DNA of 64,000 nucleotides. It comes from Epiperipatus broadwayi (Eukaryota > Animalia > Onychophora). This document shows, piece by piece, positions 49,790-62,460 of the stretch. A program made the position numbers and the translations under genes. The stretch covers positions 16,926,001-16,990,000 of the forward strand of contig JAQFVV010000006.1 in NCBI GenBank assembly GCA_028023455.1, given 5' to 3'. The notes beneath the pieces were generated by a model, which ran no database searches, had not been told where the DNA came from, and saw only the letters and a list, made by a program, of their open reading frames with translations. Numbering within the stretch: the first letter of the stretch is position 1; every line of letters begins with the position of its first letter.

Positions 49790-52700
49790 TATAATCTATT
49801 TTACTTTATAATATAATTCTACGCACCTTTGTTATCTATGAACCTCAATGCTAAATTCAAATTTTAAAAATCTTAAAAAAATTTTACCGTTATATTTTGA
49901 TTACCCCCTCTTTAAATTTACACATATATTAACAGTACCTACCTCTTCCTATTTTATAACTAAATTTTTAAAAATTTTTTATTTCAATTTATTTTATTCT
50001 CATTACTCTTTAAACACTCCACTTTTAATTTAATATCTTTTATATTTTTATTATCCATTTTACTAACCATCAATATTCATAATCTATTCATCCAATAATT
50101 TATAATAGTTTAACATTTAATTTTATTATTTTAAATACACTTTCAAATTAATTTTTAACTCACCGCCAAATCTTCCAATCTCAACTGTTACAATCAAATT
50201 TTAAAAAATAACCGTTAAACTTTTTATTAGCCCCCTCTTTAATTTATTAGCAGCTCCCTCTTCTGATTTTTATATAACTAAATTTTTTTATACAATCCTT
50301 TATTTTATATCAAAATTTTCCACCAAATCTCTGTTCAAAACAGGCCTAATACTATTAATATAAATACCCTCTTTTATTTTTCTATCCCTTTTATTATCTG
50401 TACAGTCTACCAACCTTATAGAATCCTTTTCAAACTCATGCCCTGTCTCTAATTTATGTAAATATATCTATGAATTTTTATCATACTTATGTTGTAACAG
50501 TCTTCTGTATATTGAATTCTTCATTTCTCCAACATAATTTATTTTTATATTATTAATTTGACACTTTTTGCAATTAATCTTATATACGCCATTTATTTCA
50601 TTATCTACATTTTTATTTTAACTATTAGTATATTTATTTTCTAAAATACTAATCATATTTTTTCTCCTTTTATTAACTACTTTAACATTTAATACATTAC
50701 TAAACTTTTTATTAATTTTACCTATAACCTTATTTAAATTTTTAACTACATAATTATTCCCTGTCTTTATACCTATATAATTAACTTTATTACTACTTCT
50801 TTCTTCTTCATTATTACTTATAGACTTTATCTTATTTTCTATTAATCTAATATTATCACTTATAAATTTATACAGATAATCATTATTTATAAATTCTTTT
50901 TTAATTAACTCTACCCGTTTAACATAATCTTCTTTACTCTAACAATAATTTACTGCTCTATGAATTCTAGAATGTATTGCATTTTCTTTATATCTCACAT
51001 TTATATTTGAATGCCAGTTATATTATTGTCTATATCACTTTTTTTATAAATTGATGTTTCAATTCTACATTTCCCTTTCTCATATGACTTCATCATTTTT
51101 ATATCCAAATATGTCACTATATTATCCTCTTCTTTTTCTATAACAAACTTAATCTTCTTATCCAACTTATTAACATCCTCTATAAATAAATCTCTCTCTC
51201 TGTGTGTGTTTTATTAAATATCAATAAATAATCAGGTACATATCTTCTAATAAAGATTGGAGCCACTATTATTAACCAACATTAACTTCTCCAATTCCTC
51301 CATATAAACATTACTTAATACTCCACTTAAAGCTCCTCCTATTAATAAACCTTCTTTTTGCTTATAAAACCTATCATTAAATTGAAATGTCACTTCATTA
51401 CAATATAATTCTGTAATTTCCTTTAATTGTTTTATAGGTATATTTATTTCTTTATTATTATTATCTTTAATTTATCTACTAATTATTATATCTATTGCTT
51501 TCTCCACATTAATATTTGTATACATTGATACCACATCTATTTTAATCATTCTCAAATTATAAGTACTATATTCATTTATTACATTTTTAATATCACTTAA
51601 TAAAACTATTATTTTTTATATATGATGGACATGCAGTATCAACATATTTCTTTAGAACCTTATTCGCCAAGCATTAAGATATTTTACTATAATATGAACC
51701 ATTACTATTAATAACTGGTCTTAATGGTACACCTTCTTTTTAGGCGCTCCGTAAATTTTAGCCACTATACAATCCTTTATTCCTAAATACTCAAAGATAT
51801 GATAATCAATTATATCCTTTTTATAAAAATCTCTTATTATTGCATACATTCTTATATTTATCATTTTAGTATCATCTTTTTTAATTATCCCAAATATATT
51901 GTCTTTCAACATAGTATTCATTTTTTGTATATAATCATCTTTATTAATCATAACCAATTTATTTCCTTTATCTGACTTTATACAAACTATTTTATCCTTA
52001 TACTTATCCTTTATTTTCTTTATATCCTTTATGTTTCTGTTTGTTCCTTATTCTGTAAATCATGTTTTCTATTTTATTATTAAATTCTTCCATCCAAACT
52101 TTATCTTTATTATTAATAATTTTATTACTATCTATATTCTGATAATAATAGATTTTGTAATTGTTTTCTACATACTTTTGTGCTATTTTCTCCTTTATCG
52201 TCCTCAATTCTATTACATCATTATACCCATACGGTACATACTTTTACCCTTTACTTATAATTTCTTTTTCTTTTTCTGTCAATTCTACACATGTCATATT
52301 ATAAAATTTATTCTTACAATTATTCCATTTTTTTTTATCCTTCTTTAATCCTTTTTCTTCTTTTAACGTCCTTATTTTCTTATTATGTCTATTCTCCATA
52401 TTTTTATTAATCAATAACTTTTTCAGCTCACATAATTTTCTAAAATTTCTTTCTTCTTCAGTTATTTTTCTTGTTAAAATTGATTCAATGCTTAAAATAT
52501 CTCTATATAACTTTCGTTTTATACCATAATCATTATTAATAAGCAATTTTAATAATCTCTTTTCTAATTCTTCTATAAACTTGATTTTTATTATTTAATT
52601 TAATCACCAATGTCCATCTTTTATTCAAATAGTCCACTACTTCTTTACTTTCCTTCTCTTTTATATAGTCTATCAAATTTTTTAATATTCTTTACATGCT

Positions 52701-52950
52701 CCATGGATCCACTCATATATCTATGTTTTTTCTTTCGTCTTATCCCAACTCTATTTTCAGTATTTCTATATCTTTGTCAACAAGTATAATAACCATTGTT
52801 TCCTATTGCATTGCCAATGTATATCATATAATATTCAATTGATCAAACACTTTACTACTTTTACAATGGTTTATTATCCACTCTTTCCTTACAGTTTCGA
52901 TTGCCCCAGCAATCTTCTTCAGAACTATAACATAATACAAATGTATGAGT
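49790..52950 (-). mobile_element. Penelope-like retroelement (RT followed by C-terminal GIY-YIG), degraded
   Basis: Minus fragments: KSDKGNKLVMINKDDY, AKIYGAPK, IDVVSMYTNI, FQFNDRFYKQKEGLLIGGALSGVLSNVYME, RYVPD (YVDD position), GVYKINCKKC...YVGE...RRLLQH, GHEF, LNRD. Partially duplicated 3' segment (49850-50000 vs 50190-50310). Boundaries approximate. Confidence 0.9.
52886..52926 (-). ncRNA. Minimal type I hammerhead ribozyme motif at the PLE 5' end
   Basis: CTGAAGA-A-GATTGC[TGGG]GCAATC-GAAAC-T-GTA: full core, perfect 6-bp stem II, predicted cleavage after GUA (52890/52889). Stem I only ~2 bp. Confidence 0.7.
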
Positions 52951-54479
52951 ATAAATATACATGAAAATATAAATTTACAATTTATACATCTTATAATATC
53001 TTTATTTTATATTATTGTTAGTCATTTCTTACCCTTTTACATTCTATATTTATTAATCAAAATATTTCCTACTCTTATATATACACACATACATATATGC
53101 AGATAGACTTAATTAATATTGTGAGAAATTAGAACTGTCTCTAGTGAAATACATTATTGAGATTGAATTTCAAATGTTTCAGATAATGTGAATTGCTTAG
53201 TGGTGTTATATATTTTGTCTGTTTTTCAATAAATAAGTAAATTTTCATTATATTGGGTATTTGAATTTATTTAATTTCCAGTTACTGTATTTTGCTGTGA
53301 TCTGTTATATTTTCTTGTTAGCAGATAATAGCACATAATAAGAATATATTTTATTTTTCTTAATAAAAATATCATTGAAATAAAGAAATATATATTTTCA
53401 ATATAAGCTTTTGAAACTTAGAGCATAACATGAAATGTCCCCATTTCTTCCTGCAAAGAGAAAATGACTTTCAGAACTTATTTATGATCTGATTAGATCT
53501 ATTACCTAAAATAAAAACCCAAATATAAATTTATAAATTTTGGCAAACAGATTTATCCGGGAGAAAAGCTGTTAAAATAACAAAATCTGGAAAGAATGCT
53601 GGAGTGAACAATAACACTGCCCCACTTAGCATCTGGAATATAAAATTAATTTTTTCACTGTTGGTTCCAGACAGTAATCACAATGAAGCTGCTTATTCCA
53701 TTCTGCTTACTTTGGTATTTTTATGGAGTAATCTTACTTTATTGTCATCATTTGTTTAATCCTCGTTTTATTGAGGGATCATAGTTCATTTATAAAACCA
53801 GCAAAACGTCACATGATCACTGCTGTGTGGAGAGTTTATAAAAATCACAAAGAAATATTTGAATGTTCATTTTTGTTGGTAGATGTCAAGTATAATTAGA
53901 TGATAAACAAAACTCTGAAAAGTCATCCTCTTTATAAATGTGGAGCAATGGAGTATTTTCATGTTCTGCTTGACATGAAATAAGAGAAATTTTATTTTAA
54001 TTTTGAAAGCCCTATTCTTTTGCATTGCAAATACATAATTTATTTCAAATATATTTTTAGTTAGTAATGTTTTTTTTTTTAAAAGAATTAAAACAACCCA
54101 TGTGCTGCCAATAAATATAAATTGAAAGCACAAATATTTAGTTTTTTTTTCACTTGTTAATTGAAAATAAATAATAAAAAAGGCAAAAATTATTTTTTAA
54201 ATTAAATTTAGTAACATTTAAAGCATTAATTATTACAGAAAATAATATAGATTAAAAAATAAAATAAACTGTGACTCTCGTCATAATTATATTTATTATA
54301 TTACAGAAAAGGTTATATGGTTAAACAGAACTGTCATGTTCCATCTACCACTTTGGGTATTTGAATATCACAGGACCCCAGAATAATTAACTGTATTTAT
54401 GAATTATAATACTAACATTTCTTTATTTGTATGTAAAAAATAGTTATATAATTAACAACTCATTTATTTAACATTATGT

Positions 54480-54770
54480 GACAATGTGATATGATGCTTC
54501 TCCTTTCTCGGAGTCAGGAATCTCTCAGTCACTATGCCCAGAGAAACCTGTTAGCCACATTACCTTTCCTTTCCATTCCCCACCCTAAGTTTTTCCCATA
54601 TTCTTCTCTAGCCTACTCCATCCCATTTTCACATTATCTTTGTGAGCTCTATGACCTTTATATCTAAAGCCCACTTATCTTTTCCCAAACCTAGCATAAA
54701 AACAAAGAATCCACTTTCTGTATAATCACTTTGTTTGTATTTATTCTCCCACAACTTCATTATATGTACT
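54480..54770 (-). repeat. Dispersed repeat, second copy of 10500-10790
   Basis: Shared blocks as listed for 10500-10790. Confidence 0.65.
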
Positions 54771-55096
54771 CATTCTACTTGTAGACATTTACATGCAAAT
54801 AAGAGATGACTAATATTTTCTATGCCTTCCTTACATAACTTGCATCTAAAACACCCATATTTTTGATTTATGTGTATGTTCCCTTGTTGCTACTGATCCT
54901 GTTCGAGCCTTAAATAGTAAACTACTTTCCTTGCTATTATCATAAATTAACACACACAATATTCTGTTTACTTCTCTATACATTTAAACTCTCTTTATTC
55001 TCCATACTAATTCTCAATATCTCCAGCTCTATAATTTTTATTAATGCATCTATTCTTCTGTCCTATTTCTTGCCACTATAACATTTCACAATTCTC

Positions 55097-55547
55097 CAGT
55101 AGTAATCTCTTCATACAGTAGTGCCACCAAGTACAGGTCAGAGTAATCAATGGATGCAAGAAGGTTTGTGCATAAAATCCCTATATAGTGTCCATTCATT
55201 CAATATCACCAGACTAGTTTCTATGTTGTGGCTTTCATCAGTGATTGAACCTTGGATTTGAGAGCATTGTTTAGGATCTAAATCTAATGCAAACCTTCAG
55301 CCAGAGCCCATGATAAAAACACAACAATGTTTTCAACCCAAGGCTGTTGGAGAATTGCATTAGATTCCAAGATCTAGATGTAGTGCTCTCAAATCCAAGG
55401 CTCCTCACTGATGACAAGCTAGAAACTAGTCTTAGGGATATTGGATGAGTAGATACTAGATAGGGATTTTATGCACAAACCTTCCTGCATCCATTGATTA
55501 TGAAGGTTTGCACTTGGTGGCACTACTGTATAGAGATATTGCTACTG
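55097..55547. repeat. Long imperfect palindrome (family C), arms ~210 bp, each with an HHR core
   Basis: Arms are reverse complements; CTGATGA...GAAACTAGTC at 55208-55245 (-) and 55404-55436 (+). Confidence 0.88.
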
Positions 55548-56755
55548 TTATTAACAGCCTGTATATGCATATGAAATGATCATGTGATTCTTTGATGGTT
55601 TTATAACTCATTTATTTATTAGCGACCATTTTTTTTTTATTGCACAATTTCTTATCAATAAATGTTTTTTTGTGTTAAGTATGTAGGGGGAATAAATGTG
55701 TGTCTAAGATATTGCTCTAGTAAAAGATTAAGAATCTCTATTGAATATATTTTTTTAAAGTCATAATATTAAGTGTAAAAAATTATAAGAAAAAACACCC
55801 GGAAGTGTATATTAATCTTTAATTAATATATATATTTAAAAAAAAGTAAATAACATTTAGCAATATTTACTTATAAGCTATATAACCCTAATGAATTTTT
55901 ATGCTGAGAATTCTGATGGCTCCAACAGATGAAAGAATCTAATGAAATTTTTAATTAAAAATTTTTATTGGTTGTGATTGATATTTTTTTTTTTTCAACT
56001 TAATAATCTGGATTGATAGTCCAGAATTGCTGTTGGTTGCAACTTTAGAGAGTGAATGTTAAACATTAAAACTGAATTTGTAAATAATTGTTAGGACGTT
56101 TTTGAACTTTGTTATTTAATGTTTAATTATCTTAAATGCTAGATTCATTAAATTAGATTAAGTTGATTTCTTACAATAAATATTACGATGACCTTAAATC
56201 TATACGTATTTATTTTATTAAAGGAGCACGATGAGTTTTAAAATGTTGTGATAGACATTTTATTAAAAAAAGAATTCTTTTAAATGTTTTTAAAGTGTCA
56301 GAATGGTAGTTGAGGATTGTCATTTGAGTACAGCTATCATTTACTATCTGTATTTCTCCAGAGCTATTCGTATAGAAATAGCTGTTTTTATTTGTTAAAA
56401 ATATTTTAATATTCCTCATCATGTACTTAAATAAAAAGTGGCAGAACGTACTCGTCTCTCATCAGCTGTATGTATAGATCAGATATTGAACCTTATGTTA
56501 AATATTTGTCAAATGCTTATTACTGTATATTTTTTCTATTTGTAAAATTGTAACAATGTAGTAGTTATTGTCACTGACATAGTTTGGTACACAAATGTCA
56601 GGTTTGCTTAAACTTATCAATAAGTATTAAAAACTAAATTTAGTACATGTTCATTGCAAATTTTGTTCATCATAGTACATAGACCATAGATTTAAACACG
56701 TATATCCATTTTTAAAAAAAAAAAAAAAAAGGAAGCAATTATAAAAGTATAGTAC

Positions 56756-56855
56756 CAGGATGATTTGACTGCTTCTGTACAAATCATCCCATTTTAAAAT
56801 ACTTTCTATTTTTTGCAGATGTTTTTTTATGGCTTTTATCCTTTCATCCATTTCT
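56756..56855 (-). CDS. Putative coding exon of an unidentified host gene
   Basis: AG...GT bounded; EMDERIKAIKKHLQKIESILKWDDLYRSSQIIL; phase-compatible with 57573-57659; acceptor weak. Confidence 0.3.
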
Positions 56856-57572
56856 CTGTTGTATGTTTATCGATTCACATTCTTGATCTGATCCAAACCA
56901 ACCCCATCTAAGTTTTAAATCTTTAGAATAATAACTTATAAAGGTTAAGAATTTTGAAAGGGAGTTGATCTAAGCTCCTATCAGAAATGTGAATAACTTG
57001 CCCAGCATGGTTTAGTTCAGTAGTAGAGGATAGGCTATGGAGCTCAAAGTCCATGGATTGCAGCTTAGTGCTTCATTTTTAGTGATTGAATATTTTATGA
57101 ACTTCCAAGCAATAACAATTATAACCTTGATTTTTTTTTTCTTTTTACATATATTTGCATCATAATTTATTTTTATGCTAGTTTTTGTGTCATTTTATAT
57201 CCAAACTCCATGTTTTACAACCATAAATTAATGCAGGTAAAATACATTAATTGAAGGCACTAATTTTCTTTTGTTTCTAAAATCATTAGATTCTTTAAAA
57301 AATGATATTAAACCCGTAGAGGGCAAGCTAATAGTATGTTTTTATTTTTTTGTTCTTCACCTTTGACTTATATTTTTGCATTTCTAGTTTTTTCACTTCA
57401 TTGATTCTCAACTGTTGATAAATGATAAATATTATTTTTCATTTATATCAATCAGGCTGGAAGTAGATCTGAGGGCACTGATTACATGCATGCATTAATG
57501 ATTCTGTTGCTTCAAATTGAGATCCAAATTGTGGAGTCACGAACAAGAATTTCGTAATAAAAACACATTCAC

Positions 57573-57659
57573 ATTTTATCCTGTTTGCTAAAAACCCAAT
57601 CCAGGAACTTTTTTTGATGCTCATTAGAAGACATTTGAATCCACTTCTCAAGTTCTGAA
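57573..57659 (-). CDS. Putative coding exon of an unidentified host gene
   Basis: Good acceptor (ttttttacacag); SELEKWIQMSSNEHQKKFLDWVFSKQDK; donor gtgaat, or a terminal exon ending in TGA. Confidence 0.4.
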
Positions 57660-60265
57660 CTGTGTAAAAAATAAATAAATATGTATTTAAAATATATATT
57701 CACACACACACACAAAAGTTATAAAATGTAGGATAATTAATGAGCTTCATGAGTATAGCGGTAACGTATCAATTCTTAGAATTTTCCCACCAAATGGACA
57801 ATAATTTGCCGTTCCAGCTATTTTGCAATATTGGCTGGAAAGTGGATATTTAGTTGTTATTATTATTAAGAAACCATTACAACTTTTCGCACCACCAAGT
57901 GGTTGAGTGATATCTTTTCATTACACCTCTATTGGAGAATCCTTTATTAAAAGATGTTCTTTTCTTTAACTTATATCAAATAATGGGATCAGGATATAAA
58001 AATGAAATATGCTATTATTATTTATTTTACAGAATTAGTTTTTATAATAAAAGAAAATTAGTTTTTGCTGTTTAATATTCAGAATACTATAGCTGTTTGG
58101 TAAATGTTCTGCGGCACTAGATTTAATATTATAATAAATCTATTTATTAATGATTATGATATTTACGTTTAAAATTTTAACTGATTATTAAAACAAAAGG
58201 GGGAAAAGACGTTGGTTTTTTTTTTTTTTAATGCGCTAGATGTCAATTATTGTTATCGCAGTAAGCAATAGAGGTCACTAGCATCAATAGGTCTAACGAT
58301 TTTTATTTTTATCATATTCGCGATATTTTATGCATTTAGTTTTATCTTCATCTTGTAAGGGGAGAAATCCCTACAATAATTATGTATATTGCATTTTATT
58401 GAGGCCTATAAATGTGGAATAAATTTTAATGAATAGTTGTATTCTCACTAATTATACTTTAAAAGCAAAACATTATATTATGTACAGTTGTATCCAGAAA
58501 ATCTCTATTTCATCCTTTTTATGAAACAATATCCGCAAAAAAAAAAAAAAAAAGGAAACTAATAATTTAAAAATTATTTTTTTTTAATTTTTAAAAACGA
58601 TCAATTATTTTTATTTTTAGCAATTCTGATATTTAAATCTAGATCTGATAATTAAACCTAGGCTAATTTTGCCTTATGTAAATATTTTATATTTAAAATT
58701 CATAACTATAAAATTAAAAGTTAAAATTTAACAAAGTTTTTAGTAATAAATAAATATTAAAACAGAAATGTTAATTTTTTTTCTGTTCCCTAGTATATCA
58801 CTGAGGGTTCGTAGACCAAATATATGTTCTTATATGTACCTATTTCATTCTCTAAAAGTTATGTAAAACATTACGTATATGAAAGACATCAATATTTTGG
58901 GATAGTATATAATTTTGGTTGGAAGGATCTTATTATGTATATGCGTCTACTTCCAATACATGTGTAAGTTTTGCATTTTAAAATCTTGCTTAATTTTGGC
59001 TTTTACTCTTTGATAGTAACATTTAGAAACTATACAGATCTACATAGCTGCTAGCGTGATGAGAGAAAAGCCCTAAGGATTTATGACAGGAAATTCCTGC
59101 TTAGTTTTATTTTTTAAAGCTATCGTCGCAGGGAGAGCGTTAAGTAAAGCTGCTTATTTATTTACGTGGCCAGGATTTTGAGTGTAATTTTACCTTGTAA
59201 GTTTATTGTTTTAACTAGTTTAAACAACAGTAAATATACCTAGTGGCATCAAAAAAAGTAGGTCAAATATTAATAAAATAAGGAAACTAAATTTATTATT
59301 ATTATTTTTTTAAGCAAACCACTGCATATCCCGCATCCCCGCTCAGTTTTTTCCTAATATTTATTTATTAAAAAAGTGATCTTTGTAACTTTAAATAGGT
59401 TGAAATTAACATATGTAAAGTGACTCAGTTTTATATTTTTGCTAATTATCCGTAAGAATTTAGATGTCTCCTAATTGATTAATACAGCGAACTTTTAAAT
59501 GGACGTGTTTATTTTTTTAATTTACAGGTAAAATAATCGAAACGGGCTAATTGCTCGAAAGGTCATGTAATATTCAAGCATCCAATGTGATAGGTTGAGT
59601 TTTAATTCGGGAACATTTGGTCCCAAAATCCTGTCCTTTGTATACCAATCTTAAAAATATTACATTAGTATGTTTGTGGAATATTTTTTATATTTGTGAA
59701 AATATAGTCTCAGGATCCCAAGATCGGTAATACACTCTTCAACTTGCTGATTGTAATGATATGGGTTGGGCATAATAAGTAGGCTTTTGCTCTCATGATT
59801 TAGTGCAGTGGTAAATCAGCGACAAAACCATTTGATTACATAAAGAATAATGTTCCTGAAAAGATATTAATGAAATTGGAATGCAGTAGAAAGCTACAAT
59901 GTATTTTTTTAAATATATATAAAAACCCTCACCGCTTTGTCATTTACAGAAGTTTTGTTCTTCATTCTAGAATTAGAACGGCTATACTTATTTCTGAGCG
60001 GTTGCTAATGGTGACGACCATTTATATATAATAACACAATTCATATTTGTAAAATTTACCAATTGTTCTCTCACATTGCCATGATGGTTGTCTCTGCTTT
60101 CAATTTAGTACTAAATTTAAAGTGATTTATTTAAATAAGGAGGATAAGTTAGACTGGTACTCATTTTAATCTAAATTATGTCATAATATTCACTCAAATA
60201 TTTCTGTTTAACATTAAATGGAGATATCCTTTAGACGTTATCTGATTTCATGCAATACCCATTAC

Positions 60266-60355
60266 CTAGTAAAAGGCAAAACAAGGATGGAAAAACTCTC
60301 GAAACTTCCTCAACCCAGCAGTTGGCCTGACTGTTGAGTAATGCCTTTTTTAATA
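60266..60355 (-). CDS. Putative coding exon of an unidentified host gene
   Basis: Strong donor AG|GTAATG; LKKALLNSQANCWVEEVSRVFPSLFCLLL; acceptor weak. Confidence 0.3.
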
Positions 60356-62049
60356 CTTAACTTTCGGTAAAATTTTACTGCCATATATAAAGATATTTAA
60401 AAGGAGAAAATATATTAGTTTAGCCCGATAAAATATTTAAACATAATGTAAAATGTCGCATTCGTTCAACTGATTTATGGAAAATACCCTTTCCCCTACA
60501 CTTACTTAAAAAAGAAATGCCATTCGATGTATGCGAGAAGGCAGCAAGTATTTGCCATCAATTAATTTTGTCCTCAAGATTTGGAATCGTTTGAGATCTT
60601 TTAACGAAAAATTACAAGTAAAATAGAATATGAAGTCAATCCACTTTTTTTTTTAAAAAAAAGAAATACACCCATTTTTTTTTTGTTTAAGATTCCTTCT
60701 AGCATTATTCTATTAAAACAAACCGTAAACGATTCTTTACATACAATTTTTTTTTTTTTTAGTAAGAACGTTTAAAAAAAATCAGTATACGTTTTAAAAC
60801 AGTGAGAACGCAAATAAATTGAGATTATGGAGAATAAATAGGTTAAGTTCTTTTTTATTTTAAGTTTTGAAACACTATATATATATTAGGAATCCCTGTG
60901 CAATAATTTTAATTATTATAGGTTTACCACAACTAAGCTATTTTACTCTTTTGTTAAAATATTTAATTATTTAATATTTACCAGAGGTGAAAATGTTTTA
61001 AATTTATAAAAATTTAACAATGTGGAATTGATAAAAAATTGCCATTAACATTAGTATTAAACACCCTTAAATTTTTTTTTTAATTCTCTAATGATCTCTG
61101 TGTAGTATTGGTGTAATTTGTTTTTTTAGCTGCAGCATTTTTGTGCATTTAAATTAAGCACATGACATCGGCATTAACCTAATAACTACGGTATCTATTT
61201 TCAGTCCCATATATATATTTTTTACTAATTAAATAATGTTTTGTGTGATAAAAAAATGTTTTTCTTCTTCACGTATATCTTGCGAAATAGGAAGAGGATC
61301 AACAAGCCATAAACGTCAAAGAAAATCACTTCTTGAATTTCTTCAATTTGAAATTTCATCTATTTATTCCAGAATGCATATCCAAGGAATTGAAATTAAT
61401 GGAAACTTTATGAAAATACAATACAGATTCACCATGATTATTATTTCTGTTAGACTGATAAATTCTAGAACTAAAAGTTATTTCTGGATCAATTTCGAGA
61501 TGGGGAAAGAAGGGGACACGACTTGTGCTCAACACATGACATAATCTGTTATTCTCAGTAGTGGTAATTTGCAAATGGTTTATGCCCATGTGATTTGATG
61601 CAGTGGTTGAATGATAGACTCAGGTGTTGAAGATTCATGGATGATGACTTCAGTTGGTAACCTGATTTCTTATGAATGTTACTTCAGTTTTTAAATTAAT
61701 GTCATCATCATCATCATATAATTATCATCACCATAGCTAACATAACTTAATAAATACAAACTATTATTTAGTAAACTACATTCCTTTGATGATATATGTT
61801 ATTTGTTAAATAGGTAGAAAAATGTGTAGTTAGGATTTTTAATTGCATATAGGACCATTATCATAGTTGATATGTTAGAACTGATTTGACTATGGTCAAT
61901 TTAATTATGATATTTAATAAGATTCATTGATCTTATTCACTGAGGCATATCTATTTATACAAAATGCATTTTGGCAATGCAATGTTTTTGTTGAGTTCAT
62001 AAACAATATATAATGTAATTACCGAAACACACAGGCTTATTATATACCT

Positions 62050-62460
62050 GTGTCTATATATGTAATATATAGGGTATATGAGCACAGACTTTCACATGAC
62101 CCACCACTCTCCACACTATCTCATAACACTGATACACTTGAACACATATATGTTGAAAAGATAAATAATCACCAATATACATATTTCATGCTAATCCAGC
62201 AATCATCAGTTGGTCCAGGTTACCATCTCTACACATATATGCTGTAAGTGCTCAGATATATATTAAGATAGCCAAACCTCATACTTTAATGGAGGAGTTG
62301 GAGTGTGGAGTAGATTGAAGCCTGTCCATTAAAGTGTGAGTTTTGGATATCTTAAAATATATCTGAGCACTTAGAGCATATATGTGTAGAGATGGTAATC
62401 TGGACCAACTGATGATTACTGGTTTAGCATGAAATAGGTATATTGGTGATTATTTATCTT
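62050..62460. mobile_element. Family B head-to-head pair (arms ~136 bp) with two HHR motifs
   Basis: 62157-62293 and 62324-62460 are reverse complements; HHRs at 62171-62214 (-) and 62404-62447 (+). Confidence 0.85.
62171..62214 (-). ncRNA. Minimal type I hammerhead ribozyme motif (family B)
   Basis: ACCAA-CTGATGA-T-TGCT[GGATT]AGCA-T-GAA-ATATGTAT-A|TTGGT: 5-bp stem I, 4-bp stem II, self-complementary stem III. The G10.1-C11.1 pair is not preserved. Confidence 0.65.

Noticed and set aside
56435-56470. CTGATGA on the minus strand as an HHR
   Set aside because: No GAAA box downstream.
59055-59170. GTGATGA as a C-box of a C/D snoRNA
   Set aside because: No D box (CTGA) or terminal stem at a suitable distance.
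61260-61350. Minus-strand RLWLVDPLPISQDIREEEKHFF resembling a BEL/Pao pol block
   Set aside because: A single short motif flanked by stops; insufficient support.
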